Source: Desulfobacteraceae bacterium (GTDB lineage: Bacteria > Desulfobacterota > Desulfobacteria > Desulfobacterales > Desulfosalsimonadaceae). Taken from it: a stretch of 64,000 bases of DNA. Under the pieces are notes generated by a model. That model ran no database searches and had not been told where the DNA came from. It worked only from the letters and a program-made list of their open reading frames with translations. Made by a program: the position numbers and the translations under genes. The stretch covers positions 7,093-71,092 of the forward strand of contig JAIPDT010000001.1 in the NCBI GenBank assembly GCA_021737545.1, given 5' to 3'. Below, in pieces: positions 16,933 through 25,392 of the stretch. Position 1 is the first letter of the stretch. Each line of letters opens with the position of its first letter.

Positions 16933-19146
16933 CTAGTCTAAATCATCAACAGTTTTCTGAACAGTTCCGAATTCCTCTGTCTGGAAAACGTTTTCCTGCA
17001 ATTCTTCTTCGGTACATTTTCTTACCCTGCACAGCAGACAGGTTAGATCCGGAGAGCCGTACATCGGATCCAAATGGTTGTTATTGGTAAGTACGTTAGG
17101 ATTGGAGATAAACAGCCCGTGGTAATTGTTCGCCGGTTCTTCCGGATAGAACCAGTTTGCAGTGGCCATCAGCATTCCCCTTAGAATACCCGGAAAGGTT
17201 CGGCACTTTTGCCGGATCCTGCCGCGCGGGGTTTCGATCCAGATCCAATCGCCGTCTGAAATCCCGTATTTGGCGGCTGTTTCAGGATGCATCTGACACA
17301 TGGGATATTCCATGAAGCTTCTCAGCCATGGAATATTCCGGTATTGGCCCAGGAAATAAAACGGCTGGCGAAAACCGCTGCTCATTACAACAGGGTATTC
17401 TTTAAACAACTCCGGGGTGCGGTACGGACTTTCACCCGGCTCCCTGAAAACCGGCAGGGGATCATAGCCAAGCTCTTCGAGTCGTTTGGAGTAAAATTCA
17501 AATTTGCCGGTTGCAGTCGGAAATCCTCCGCCTTTGCGCCAATAATCGGTCTTGTATTTATAGTATATCTGGTCCTGGCCCCAGCAGCCGTTAACGATCT
17601 TCTCGCTGAATTCCTTCCAGTTCATGTTGCCGTCATGGCCCTTGCGGACCTGATAGTCCAGCATTTCCTCCATGTTGTCAAACCAGTGTTCGGGTACAAC
17701 GCGTTTACCGATTTCATTGAAAATCCATGCATCGGCCTTGGCTTCGCCCGGCGGATCAACGACCTTGTTGTGAGCGCTGATGAAAAACCGCGGGTGCATG
17801 TCATAGACATCATCGATTTCAAGCCAGTGAGCCGCAGGCAGTACCATGTCTGCTGCTTCGGCCATGGGTCCCATAAACTGGTCAACTTGTACCAGGAAGT
17901 CTATTTTTTCGATTGCTTCGGCAACCTCCTTGGTGTTGGCCATATGCACAATTTGCTGCCCGCCAACGCTTATCCAGACATGAATGGGGGCCTCACCTCC
18001 GCCCAGGATTGTTTTGACCATGGTGTCGGGGTTGCAGGTACGTGCCGCACCCATTTTGTATTTATCTACACCGACAATTTTGCTGCGCATCTCTTCGGTC
18101 AGCGGGAGTTCCAAAAAGAAGTCTTCGATTAAGCCGGTGTCAGGAAGAACCCAGCTGCACATGCTGCCCGGGCGTTCAATGTTGCCGGTCAGCCCCATCA
18201 GGCAGGTGATGGCTCTTAAGGTGTGGCCGCAGTTGGCCTGTCTTTCAAGCGAACTTCCAACCTGGATGGTGCCCGGCGTGTCGATTGCCCATAATCGGGC
18301 CGCCTCGATGATTTTTTCCTTGGGTATCCAGGTGACTTCTTCAGTTTTTTCAGGAGTCCACTCCTTGACCCTTTCTCTTAGCTCTTCAAAGCCGTAAGTC
18401 CAGTTCTCGACAAATTCCTTGTCCCAAAGCTCTTCATTGAATATGACATTCATCATGCCCATAGCCAGGGCACAGTCGGAGCCCGGGCGCGGCTGCAGCC
18501 ACAGCGTCGCACGCGTTGCATAAGCACTGGCTCTTGGGTCAATTATGATAAGGTTCTTGCAGTAATCCAGGGACTGTATAAACCAGTTGCACATCTCAGA
18601 GTCGGCGCTGGAGATCTCAAGCTGCTTGGCCCACATTATGTTGGTTTTGGGGAACTCGCCTCCCCATCCGTGGTAATCGCAGTAAAGCCTGCCGTATCCG
18701 GTGACCAGTCCGTATAGGCCCAGACGCGGGCTGTGGCATACATAGCCCGGGCTGATGACGTTGGCGGTTCCCAGCGACCGGGCCAGGCGGTGTATATAGC
18801 GGTTATAGCCGCGGCCGGTGCCCTGGGAGACCGCAACGGATTCCTTGCCGTATTTTTCCTGGCTTTCCTTTATCTTTTCAGCAATGGTGTCCAGGGCCTC
18901 ATCCCAGGAAATCCTTTTCCATTTGCCTTCGCCCTTTTCTCCGACCCTTTTCATGGGGTATTTAAGCCGGAATGGGTTGTCAATGTGCTGTATACTGGAT
19001 AAACCTTTGGAACACATGGTCCCGCGGGTCAGTGAGTCGGGGTTGCCTTCTATATGGATTGGAACGCCATCCTCCACTGTCACTTTGACTCCGCAGCCGC
19101 CGTGGCAGCTTTTACAGGTTGAATAAATTACTTTTCTTTCGCCCAT
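16933..19146 (-). CDS. Molybdopterin/tungstopterin oxidoreductase catalytic subunit, acetylene-hydratase-like branch
   Basis: 737 aa. It has an N-terminal [4Fe-4S] motif CKSCHGGC..x26..C. Segments such as LAMGMMNVIFNEELWDKEFVENWTYGFEELRERV and GKFEFYSKRLEELGYDPLPVFREP resemble acetylene hydratase as I recall it. AAGGAGGA is the RBS. An in-frame TAA lies 6 codons upstream, so no Tat leader is possible. Confidence 0.75.
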   Translation of the reverse strand: MGERKVIYSTCKSCHGGCGVKVTVEDGVPIHIEGNPDSLTRGTMCSKGLSSIQHIDNPFRLKYPMKRVGEKGEGKWKRISWDEALDTIAEKIKESQEKYGKESVAVSQGTGRGYNRYIHRLARSLGTANVISPGYVCHSPRLGLYGLVTGYGRLYCDYHGWGGEFPKTNIMWAKQLEISSADSEMCNWFIQSLDYCKNLIIIDPRASAYATRATLWLQPRPGSDCALAMGMMNVIFNEELWDKEFVENWTYGFEELRERVKEWTPEKTEEVTWIPKEKIIEAARLWAIDTPGTIQVGSSLERQANCGHTLRAITCLMGLTGNIERPGSMCSWVLPDTGLIEDFFLELPLTEEMRSKIVGVDKYKMGAARTCNPDTMVKTILGGGEAPIHVWISVGGQQIVHMANTKEVAEAIEKIDFLVQVDQFMGPMAEAADMVLPAAHWLEIDDVYDMHPRFFISAHNKVVDPPGEAKADAWIFNEIGKRVVPEHWFDNMEEMLDYQVRKGHDGNMNWKEFSEKIVNGCWGQDQIYYKYKTDYWRKGGGFPTATGKFEFYSKRLEELGYDPLPVFREPGESPYRTPELFKEYPVVMSSGFRQPFYFLGQYRNIPWLRSFMEYPMCQMHPETAAKYGISDGDWIWIETPRGRIRQKCRTFPGILRGMLMATANWFYPEEPANNYHGLFISNPNVLTNNNHLDPMYGSPDLTCLLCRVRKCTEEELQENVFQTEEFGTVQKTVDDLD

Positions 19147-19181
19147 TTGGTTCCTCCTTAATTATATAACACCTTGGAGCT

Positions 19182-20129
19182 CTACATTACCGGAGCTCTG
19201 GTAACAACAGGTCTGTAGATGCCGACCTTTAATACACAGTACTTCAACGCAAAAGCCCCTATTGTATGGGAAATAATAGCTATAATCAGAATTTCGGGGA
19301 TATTGGTTTTTAGCACGAATATGCTGATTAGCGAGAGCGCAAAAGGTATTATTATACCCAGGAAAATTACGCCGATCCAAAAGGATAAGGCCACACGCCC
19401 CACAAGTAATTCTCTTACTGAAAGCTCGCCTATAGTTGACTGGTATGATGCACTGATCAGGTAGCTTCCGATTAGAATCGCGTTGCCGATAAGCGCCCAT
19501 TGGCTGGCGATCTCGAGTGTATGAAAATCAACCCCGCCTGTTACAAGACCAACGCCCATGATAAGTGCCAGACCGTCAGCGATTCCCATAATCACAAAAA
19601 CTATGGGCAGCAGACCTGTATTCCAAAATGGTATGCTTTTGCAGTAACTCATCATGAATCCGCAGTAAATACCTGTCAAAAGAGCAAACAGACCCGCCAG
19701 AAACCGCATGATCCAGTCTATAACCGTTAATGTGCCGACTGCTGAAGCCGCCACCAGGCTATGATCCAGCACGAAGGTTGTAACAAGCTGAATCAGTGCA
19801 AAAATAGAAAATACGGTGGTAAAAAACATGCCTCGCGCGATCCATGAGTGCCATGACTTGGTAAAAGGCGGAATCGCCCTCCAGAATCGCCACGGTCTGC
19901 CGAGGTAGAAAAAGTGAAAGGGCAGTTTGAGAAATACGATAATAAGCCAACCCACCAGTGCTCCCCACCAGTGGTCCATAACCACAGATACCAAGTACAT
20001 CCCCATGCCCAGAGCTGAAAACACTTCAGCCATCCAGATCAGCAGCCCCTGGCCTTCGATCCACTCGGTCTGCTGTGTAGGCTTTGTCATCCATTCATGG
20101 GGTGTAATCCATTGACGACCTCCTTGCAT
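19182..20129 (-). CDS. NrfD/PsrC-type integral membrane quinone-interacting anchor
   Basis: 315 aa and very hydrophobic, with about 8 predicted helices. It sits between the FeS and catalytic subunits, as in Psr/Ttr-type complexes. Confidence 0.75.
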   Translation of the reverse strand: MQGGRQWITPHEWMTKPTQQTEWIEGQGLLIWMAEVFSALGMGMYLVSVVMDHWWGALVGWLIIVFLKLPFHFFYLGRPWRFWRAIPPFTKSWHSWIARGMFFTTVFSIFALIQLVTTFVLDHSLVAASAVGTLTVIDWIMRFLAGLFALLTGIYCGFMMSYCKSIPFWNTGLLPIVFVIMGIADGLALIMGVGLVTGGVDFHTLEIASQWALIGNAILIGSYLISASYQSTIGELSVRELLVGRVALSFWIGVIFLGIIIPFALSLISIFVLKTNIPEILIIAIISHTIGAFALKYCVLKVGIYRPVVTRAPVM

Positions 20130-20139
20130 TTTTTGCCTC

Positions 20140-20916
20140 CTATTCTTCTTCTTTTCTGCCTTCCTCGATCAGCCGTTTAGACCTGGGATCCACGGTACTC
20201 TTTTGCTGGATGTGAATGCCTGTCATGGCATGCTCGGGAGCTTTATTATCCTTGCCGCCCACTTCCCCGTCTATATAATAAATTGATGGATCCGTGCCCA
20301 GTACGCGCTGAAGCTGGAAAGCATTCTTTCTGGCGATTAACCTGGAAACATTGCTGTTGGGATCATCTATGTCGCCGAACGTCAAAGCTCTTGCCTGGCA
20401 GGTGTTAACGCATGCCGGGGTGGCATCGCGGTCAATTCCGGGCGTCAGGCCGTTTGCCAGGCCATAATCGATTTTTTCCACGCAAAAGTTGCATTTTGTG
20501 GTGGTACCTTTTTGATGGGGATACAGCTCCTCCCCCTTTTTCTCGTATCGTGTCTTCGGGTAGCCAGGAAAATAACCAGGGTCCCGCCATGAGAAAATAA
20601 ACGTGCGGTTCTGGTAAGGGCAAGCGATTACGCAGTAACGGCAGCCGATGCACTTGTTTGCATCTATGGTAACAATACCGTCCTTGCGCTGGGAGGTCGC
20701 GCCTGTGGGGCAGACGTCCACGCATGGAGCATCCGCGCATTGGTTGCAGCGCACCGGAAAAGTTGTTATGTCTGCGGCACCTCTTTCTTCTGTTTCATAT
20801 GCAGCCAGTTTGACCCATGTAACCCAAAGCGGCAGAAAGTGCTCAACCCTGCAGGCGGCCACGCAGCCGTGGCATCTGGTGCACTTTGTCAGATCGATCA
20901 CCATTCCCCATCTCAT
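20140..20916 (-). CDS. 4Fe-4S ferredoxin-type electron-transfer subunit (PsrB/NrfC/TtrB-like)
   Basis: 258 aa. It has four Cys groups (CTRCHGCVAAC; CNQCADAPCVDVCP; CIGCRYCVIACP; CNFC..CVNTC). There is no signal peptide, and an in-frame TAA lies 14 codons upstream. Confidence 0.8.
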   Translation of the reverse strand: MRWGMVIDLTKCTRCHGCVAACRVEHFLPLWVTWVKLAAYETEERGAADITTFPVRCNQCADAPCVDVCPTGATSQRKDGIVTIDANKCIGCRYCVIACPYQNRTFIFSWRDPGYFPGYPKTRYEKKGEELYPHQKGTTTKCNFCVEKIDYGLANGLTPGIDRDATPACVNTCQARALTFGDIDDPNSNVSRLIARKNAFQLQRVLGTDPSIYYIDGEVGGKDNKAPEHAMTGIHIQQKSTVDPRSKRLIEEGRKEEE

Positions 20917-20957
20917 GATTTGACTCTCCTTGATTAAGTTTTTTATTACAGCGACTT

Positions 20958-20986
20958 ATATATATTGCCGGCCGGCTGTACCTCAA
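20958..20986 (-). promoter_or_regulatory. Candidate sigma70-type promoter of the molybdoenzyme cluster
   Basis: The minus strand reads TTGAGG-N16/17-TATATA, about 45 nt upstream of the ATG at 20916. The RBS AAGGAGAG follows. Confidence 0.3.
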
Positions 20987-20997
20987 ATTGGGAAATC

Positions 20998-21024
20998 GTA
21001 TTTTTTACATGTAATTTTACATAC
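20998..21024. promoter_or_regulatory. Promoter-proximal TTTTACAT repeat / TTACATGTAA palindrome (candidate operator)
   Basis: The sequence is gtattttttACATGTAAttttacata. It holds a perfect 10-bp palindrome TTACATGTAA at 21005-21014. TACAT-N7-TACAT lies at 21006-21022. Confidence 0.35.
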
Positions 21025-21226
21025 AATTTTTATAAACATAAATCAACCCAATTTTTCCGTTAAAAAAAAATAACAGTTCAGCCAGTATGATATATATAAA
21101 AAAATCACAAAAGCCTGCCGATGTCAAGAGCCCTGTCGAATTTTTTGTTTTGAGTTAATTTTGTTTTCCCGGAACATAATGTATCTATTATATATTTAAT
21201 AATAGTCGTATTATGGTTTTTTGTCC

Positions 21227-21258
21227 AGTATTTTACATGCAGTATTTTACATGTAATT
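21227..21258. promoter_or_regulatory. Distal tandem AGTATTTTACATG repeat with second TTACATGTAA palindrome
   Basis: The 14-bp unit AGTATTTTACATG(C/T) occurs twice in tandem (21227-21240, 21241-21254). The palindrome TTACATGTAA lies at 21247-21256, 242 bp from the proximal copy. Confidence 0.35.
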
Positions 21259-21289
21259 TTTTACGGCGCTTTGCAATTAAGATGGTCAT

Positions 21290-22324
21290 TTAAACGTTAA
21301 AGCGGAAGGTTATTATATCTCCGTCCTGCACTTCATAGGTTTTTCCTTCCAGGCGCAGGGTGGCGTTTTTTTTGGCGGCAGCCATTGAGCCGGCAGCCAC
21401 ATAATCTTCATAGGAGATTACTTCGGCCCGGATAAAGCCTTTCTGTATGTCCGAATGAATGGCTCCTGCGGCTTCAACAGCGGTTGTGCCGCTTTTTATG
21501 GTCCAGGCACGGACTTCGTCTTCGCCGACCGTAAAAAAGGAAATAAGTCCCAGGCTTTCATATGATGCCCGGATTACCCTGTCTGTTGCAGAGGCGGCAA
21601 TATTGAATTCCTCCAGCAGTTCCGCCGCATCATCTTCGGCCATCTGGGCAAGTTCATGCTCCAGTTTGCCCCTGATGATCATGCATGTCTCCTTTGAAAC
21701 ATTTTCAGACAAAGGCGGCAGAGACTCGTTTTCGTCCGGGTTGTTAAACAGCACCAGCACCGGTTTTGCAGACATCAGTCCGTAGCCGCGCCAAAATTTG
21801 GATTCTGCAAGTTCGGAAAACCGGCGCAAAGGTGTTTCTTTTTTCAATACCTCCCTGCACTGTGCGAGCCGGGCCTGCTCGTCGTGGTCCACGGTTTTGC
21901 CCTTTTTTGATTCGCTTTCCATTCGCTCCAGGCGTTTTTCCACCACGTTTAAGTCCATGTGCATCAGTTCCTGATCCAGGAGCAGAAAATCGTTTTCCGC
22001 ATCCGGAGAGTCCATGCCGTAGCCGGAGAAATTCCGCACCACGTGGATCAGGGCATCCGTGTCCCTTACAGCCCTCATCAGGGCATCATCTTCGCTGCCC
22101 GGTTTTTTTTGTTCACCTTTGCCGGCAAGGAGGTATTCCACTTTTGCATATATGGTTTTTTGCGGCTGGTAAATCTCGCTTAGCACGTCTATGCGGGGGT
22201 CCGGGACATCTATGGTTCCGATTCGAGTTTCAGACTTTGCCCCGGGGCTTGCAAATTCCCCGGTCAAGGCCTCGAATACCGTGGTTTTGCCAGAGCTTGA
22301 AAGCCCGATTATGCCCAGTTTCAT
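21290..22324 (-). CDS. ychF: YchF/OLA1-family P-loop ATPase/GTPase
   Basis: 344 aa. It has the P-loop GLSSSGKTT and a C-terminal TGS/YchF domain (AWTIKSGTTAVEAAGAIHSDIQKGFIRAEV..GDIITFRFNV). Confidence 0.85.
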   Translation of the reverse strand: MKLGIIGLSSSGKTTVFEALTGEFASPGAKSETRIGTIDVPDPRIDVLSEIYQPQKTIYAKVEYLLAGKGEQKKPGSEDDALMRAVRDTDALIHVVRNFSGYGMDSPDAENDFLLLDQELMHMDLNVVEKRLERMESESKKGKTVDHDEQARLAQCREVLKKETPLRRFSELAESKFWRGYGLMSAKPVLVLFNNPDENESLPPLSENVSKETCMIIRGKLEHELAQMAEDDAAELLEEFNIAASATDRVIRASYESLGLISFFTVGEDEVRAWTIKSGTTAVEAAGAIHSDIQKGFIRAEVISYEDYVAAGSMAAAKKNATLRLEGKTYEVQDGDIITFRFNV

Positions 22325-23139
22325 TATTCGGCACCTCCACTGTTTTCCTCGGATCGTCTTGTATCAATATCAAACAGTCTGCAGGTATTTTCCCATACGG
22401 CCCGGGCAAGCTGCTCCGGATCTGCATTTCTGACCTCTGCAAGCTTTAGGAGCACGCTTCTTACAAAAGCCGGCTCATTTCTGCGTATGCGGTTTTTTTC
22501 CGGTACCGGTGTTAAATACGGAGCGTCTGTTTCAACCAGCAGACGGTCTTCCGGGATGCGGGCCGCCATTTTCCGCAGGTCCTCCCCTCTTTTGGCAATA
22601 GTGAGAATGCCGGTGATGCCGATGTAAAAACCCATTTCCAGATATTGATCCATTTCGGAGGGCGTGCCGGAAAAGCAGTGGATTACGCCTTTTATGTCCC
22701 CGGACGCATGAGCCCTGAGCAGCTCCAGAAACCTGCCGCCGCTGTCCCGCTCGTGGAATATCAGGGGCAGCCCTAGTTCATTCGCGGTTTTCATTTGGCG
22801 GATACACCATTTTTCCTGGATATCTGCAGGCGAAGACATCCGGTTGAAATCCAGCCCGGTCTCGCCCCATGCCCTGACCCTGGGGTTGGCCGCAAGTTTT
22901 TTGAGTTCGGATAATCCCGCCTCAGAGCCCTGGTCTGCATCATGCGGGTGGATGCCCACGGATGCGTAGCACCCTTTATATGTTTCTGCTATATTTACTG
23001 CCCGCCGGGAGGTTTTTTGGGTTATCCCGACGACCATCATGGCTGTAACATCATGATTGCAGGCATTTTCAATTACCCGGTCAAGATCCTTGTTATAAGC
23101 CTTGTCATTTAAATGACAGTGGCTGTCAAATATGTTCAT
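22324..23139 (-). CDS. tatD: TatD-family metal-dependent hydrolase
   Basis: 271 aa. It has the signatures FDSHCHL, GIHPH, GETGLD, HCFSG and ETDAPYL. Its stop overlaps the ychF start by 1 nt. Confidence 0.85.
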   Translation of the reverse strand: MNIFDSHCHLNDKAYNKDLDRVIENACNHDVTAMMVVGITQKTSRRAVNIAETYKGCYASVGIHPHDADQGSEAGLSELKKLAANPRVRAWGETGLDFNRMSSPADIQEKWCIRQMKTANELGLPLIFHERDSGGRFLELLRAHASGDIKGVIHCFSGTPSEMDQYLEMGFYIGITGILTIAKRGEDLRKMAARIPEDRLLVETDAPYLTPVPEKNRIRRNEPAFVRSVLLKLAEVRNADPEQLARAVWENTCRLFDIDTRRSEENSGGAE

Positions 23140-23860
23140 TTGGAATTTTCCTTTGCATTAAGTAAAGTCGTTTTCAATTTTAAAAAATCTCTTGTAGCAC
23201 CGGAGAAAGGGGTATTCAAGTGAATCGTTTTTTCGGCAGCAATTCTCGTGATAATTCCTGTTGAATATATTGTATCCCCCAAAAAAAGGGCAACTAAAGA
23301 CACCCGGGGATTGAATGTTTGATATCGAATTGCTCGAGCATCAAAGTACCTACAAGAAAAAGGTCGGTGCAGGAAAACCCGGGCCAAACAGCATTTATGC
23401 GGACTTACAAGCAGCAGCCCCGGCTGGAAAAACGTTTCAACACCACAAAGTCCGTATTAGAGGTTGCTCCGGTTTTTCTGGAAAAATCATCGTCACCTGT
23501 TTAGAAACGCCCATTTGTCACAAATTTTTGTCAAAGAGCAACGAAGGCGTGCAATTCATTTAGAAACTTTTTTCCATTCATGATCTGGCGGTAAAAGTGC
23601 GCGAGGCGATTGAGCAGGAATAGGTGTATTGTCAAGAACTTCCCTGAAAAGAGAAGAAATCATGCTTATCATCAGAGCCCGGCAGGTTTCGGGTAAAAGG
23701 TAAGTCGCCTTGAACAGGCAGAGAGCCTGTGAGACGCCTTTGAGCATTCCCCGCCGGGCAAAATCCTTGCCATAAAATACAGTATTTCTGAGACTTCTGG
23801 AAATTACTTTAAAAAGGATTTTCAGAAGGACCCAACCGCAGTTCAAAAATGTTTTTGAAA

Positions 23861-24070
23861 TTAACTCTTTTCTCGCAAAACATTTTTGGCTTGAGGGCCA
23901 CGATCGGTTTCCTCGATATCGAAACTGACACGTTCGCCTTCATTCAGGGTCTTGAACCCTTCCTGATTTATACCGGAAAAATGGACGAAAACGTCCTGCT
24001 CTCTTTCTTCATCTTTAATAAAACCAAAACCCTTCTTTTCATTGAACCATTTCACTGTGCCTTGTGCCAA
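23861..24070 (-). CDS. cspA: Cold-shock protein (CspA family)
   Basis: 69 aa. It begins [25 protein letters not shown], carrying the RNP1/RNP2 motifs. Confidence 0.9.
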   Translation of the reverse strand: MAQGTVKWFNEKKGFGFIKDEEREQDVFVHFSGINQEGFKTLNEGERVSFDIEETDRGPQAKNVLREKS

Positions 24071-24800
24071 AATTCAACCCCCCTTTGATAAATAAACAGA
24101 TGTCAGCAAATAATTAATCATAATCAATTCTCCCCCACCACAAACAATCTGTCAAGAAGCCATCTAAAATTTGTCAATAGCATTTAGAACAGTTAGATTC
24201 TCTCCTATAGGTCACAGCCATGCGCCCAATTCGCTCAAGGCTGTTGAGGCCATCAAATAGGGCTCGTTATTTCGGCAGGCCAGTTTGCGGGTTTCTTGCA
24301 AGAGCCTCAGCAACGACCAGTTGGCAATAGGTGCTGACCCCTGTATACAATAATATCCGGAGACATGCCCCCACATATGCAGCAGGGTGTTGCGAATACC
24401 GCCGGCAGTGGGCGGACGCCGGGATACCTCGATTAATTGGCAGGCCAGCGCCGCGAAATTTTCCCGTTTCCGACACCGGGCCACCCTTCCGCCAATTTCC
24501 CGGTAAGCGTTGGGGTCACGTGCCTGGATGGAATATTTGTGATGACTCCATAACTGCTGGGTTGTTTTTGGCAGTGGAATCCGCCCCGGAGAACGGAGGC
24601 TATATTTTTCAGCTTGATATAATTAAAAATATAAAAAATCTATACATTTGATCAGTGTATTGGCCAAAATTTCCGGGAAAACAAAACCGCAATCAGGTTA
24701 TCAGCAAGGCGCGGTATCCGTGTATTGTTGAAAAATCAGGATAAATGTTTAAAAATATATTTTAAACCTTGGATTTATTAATAAAAAGGAGAATGAAATC

Positions 24801-25373
24801 ATGGCAGAGTCTGCAGAAATATTAAAACATGGTGATGCTCTTTTGATTGTGGATGTGCAGAACGATTTTTGCCCCGGCGGAGCTCTTCCCATAGAAAAGG
24901 GCGATGAGGTGGTTCCAATTTTAAACCGCTGGAGTAAAGGGGCTGCGGAAAAATGCGTGCCGGTTTACGCATCCAGGGACTGGCATCCGGTCGGGCATAT
25001 AAGCTTCCAGAATCGGGGTGGCAGCTGGCCGCAGCACTGCATCCAGGATACTCCGGGCGCCGCGTTTCACAAGGATCTCAACCTGCCCTCCGATACGGTG
25101 GTTGTAACCAAGGGAGTCAGGTTTGACAAGGACCAGTACTCGGCTTTTGACCAGACCGGGCTTGCAGATGAATTGCGCCGCTGCGGGATACAGCGAATTC
25201 TTGTGGGCGGTCTGGCTATGGATGTTTGCGTGCAGGCAAGCGTTATGGACGCCCTTGATGAGGGTTTTGAAACCGTTCTTCTTCTTTCCGCGACCCGCCC
25301 GGTTACACCGGAGGGCGGCAAAACAGCCGAGGAGAAAATTAAAAAAGCGGGCGGATCTATCTGCGAGGATTGA
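24801..25373 (+). CDS. pncA: Nicotinamidase/pyrazinamidase (isochorismatase family)
   Basis: 190 aa. It has LLIVDVQNDFCPGGALP, the SRDWHP metal site, and the catalytic Cys context GGLAMDVCV. Confidence 0.85.
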   Translation: MAESAEILKHGDALLIVDVQNDFCPGGALPIEKGDEVVPILNRWSKGAAEKCVPVYASRDWHPVGHISFQNRGGSWPQHCIQDTPGAAFHKDLNLPSDTVVVTKGVRFDKDQYSAFDQTGLADELRRCGIQRILVGGLAMDVCVQASVMDALDEGFETVLLLSATRPVTPEGGKTAEEKIKKAGGSICED

Positions 25374-25392
25374 TCGGTTTTCTTGCTTTAAT

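Noticed and set aside
14205-19146. Selenocysteine (in-frame TGA) in the molybdoenzyme subunits.
   Set aside because: Both catalytic ORFs are uninterrupted, so no in-frame TGA recoding is needed.
20937-21289. Molybdenum-cofactor riboswitch or CRISPR-like array upstream of the molybdoenzyme cluster.
   Set aside because: The region is AT-rich, with short (10-14 bp) motifs only. It has no GC-rich multi-stem structure expected of a Moco RNA and no regular repeat-spacer periodicity.
23136-23387. 83-aa ORF overlapping the tatD start, and 82-aa ORF at 23315-23563 (+).
   Set aside because: They have no RBS and no recognisable motifs, and their composition is atypical. I treat this as non-coding (see the csp-island finding).
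23841-23858. AT-only palindrome TTCAAAAATGTTTTTGAA just past the csp stop, as a terminator.
   Set aside because: It is an 8-bp all-A/T stem with no following U-tract, too weak to call.
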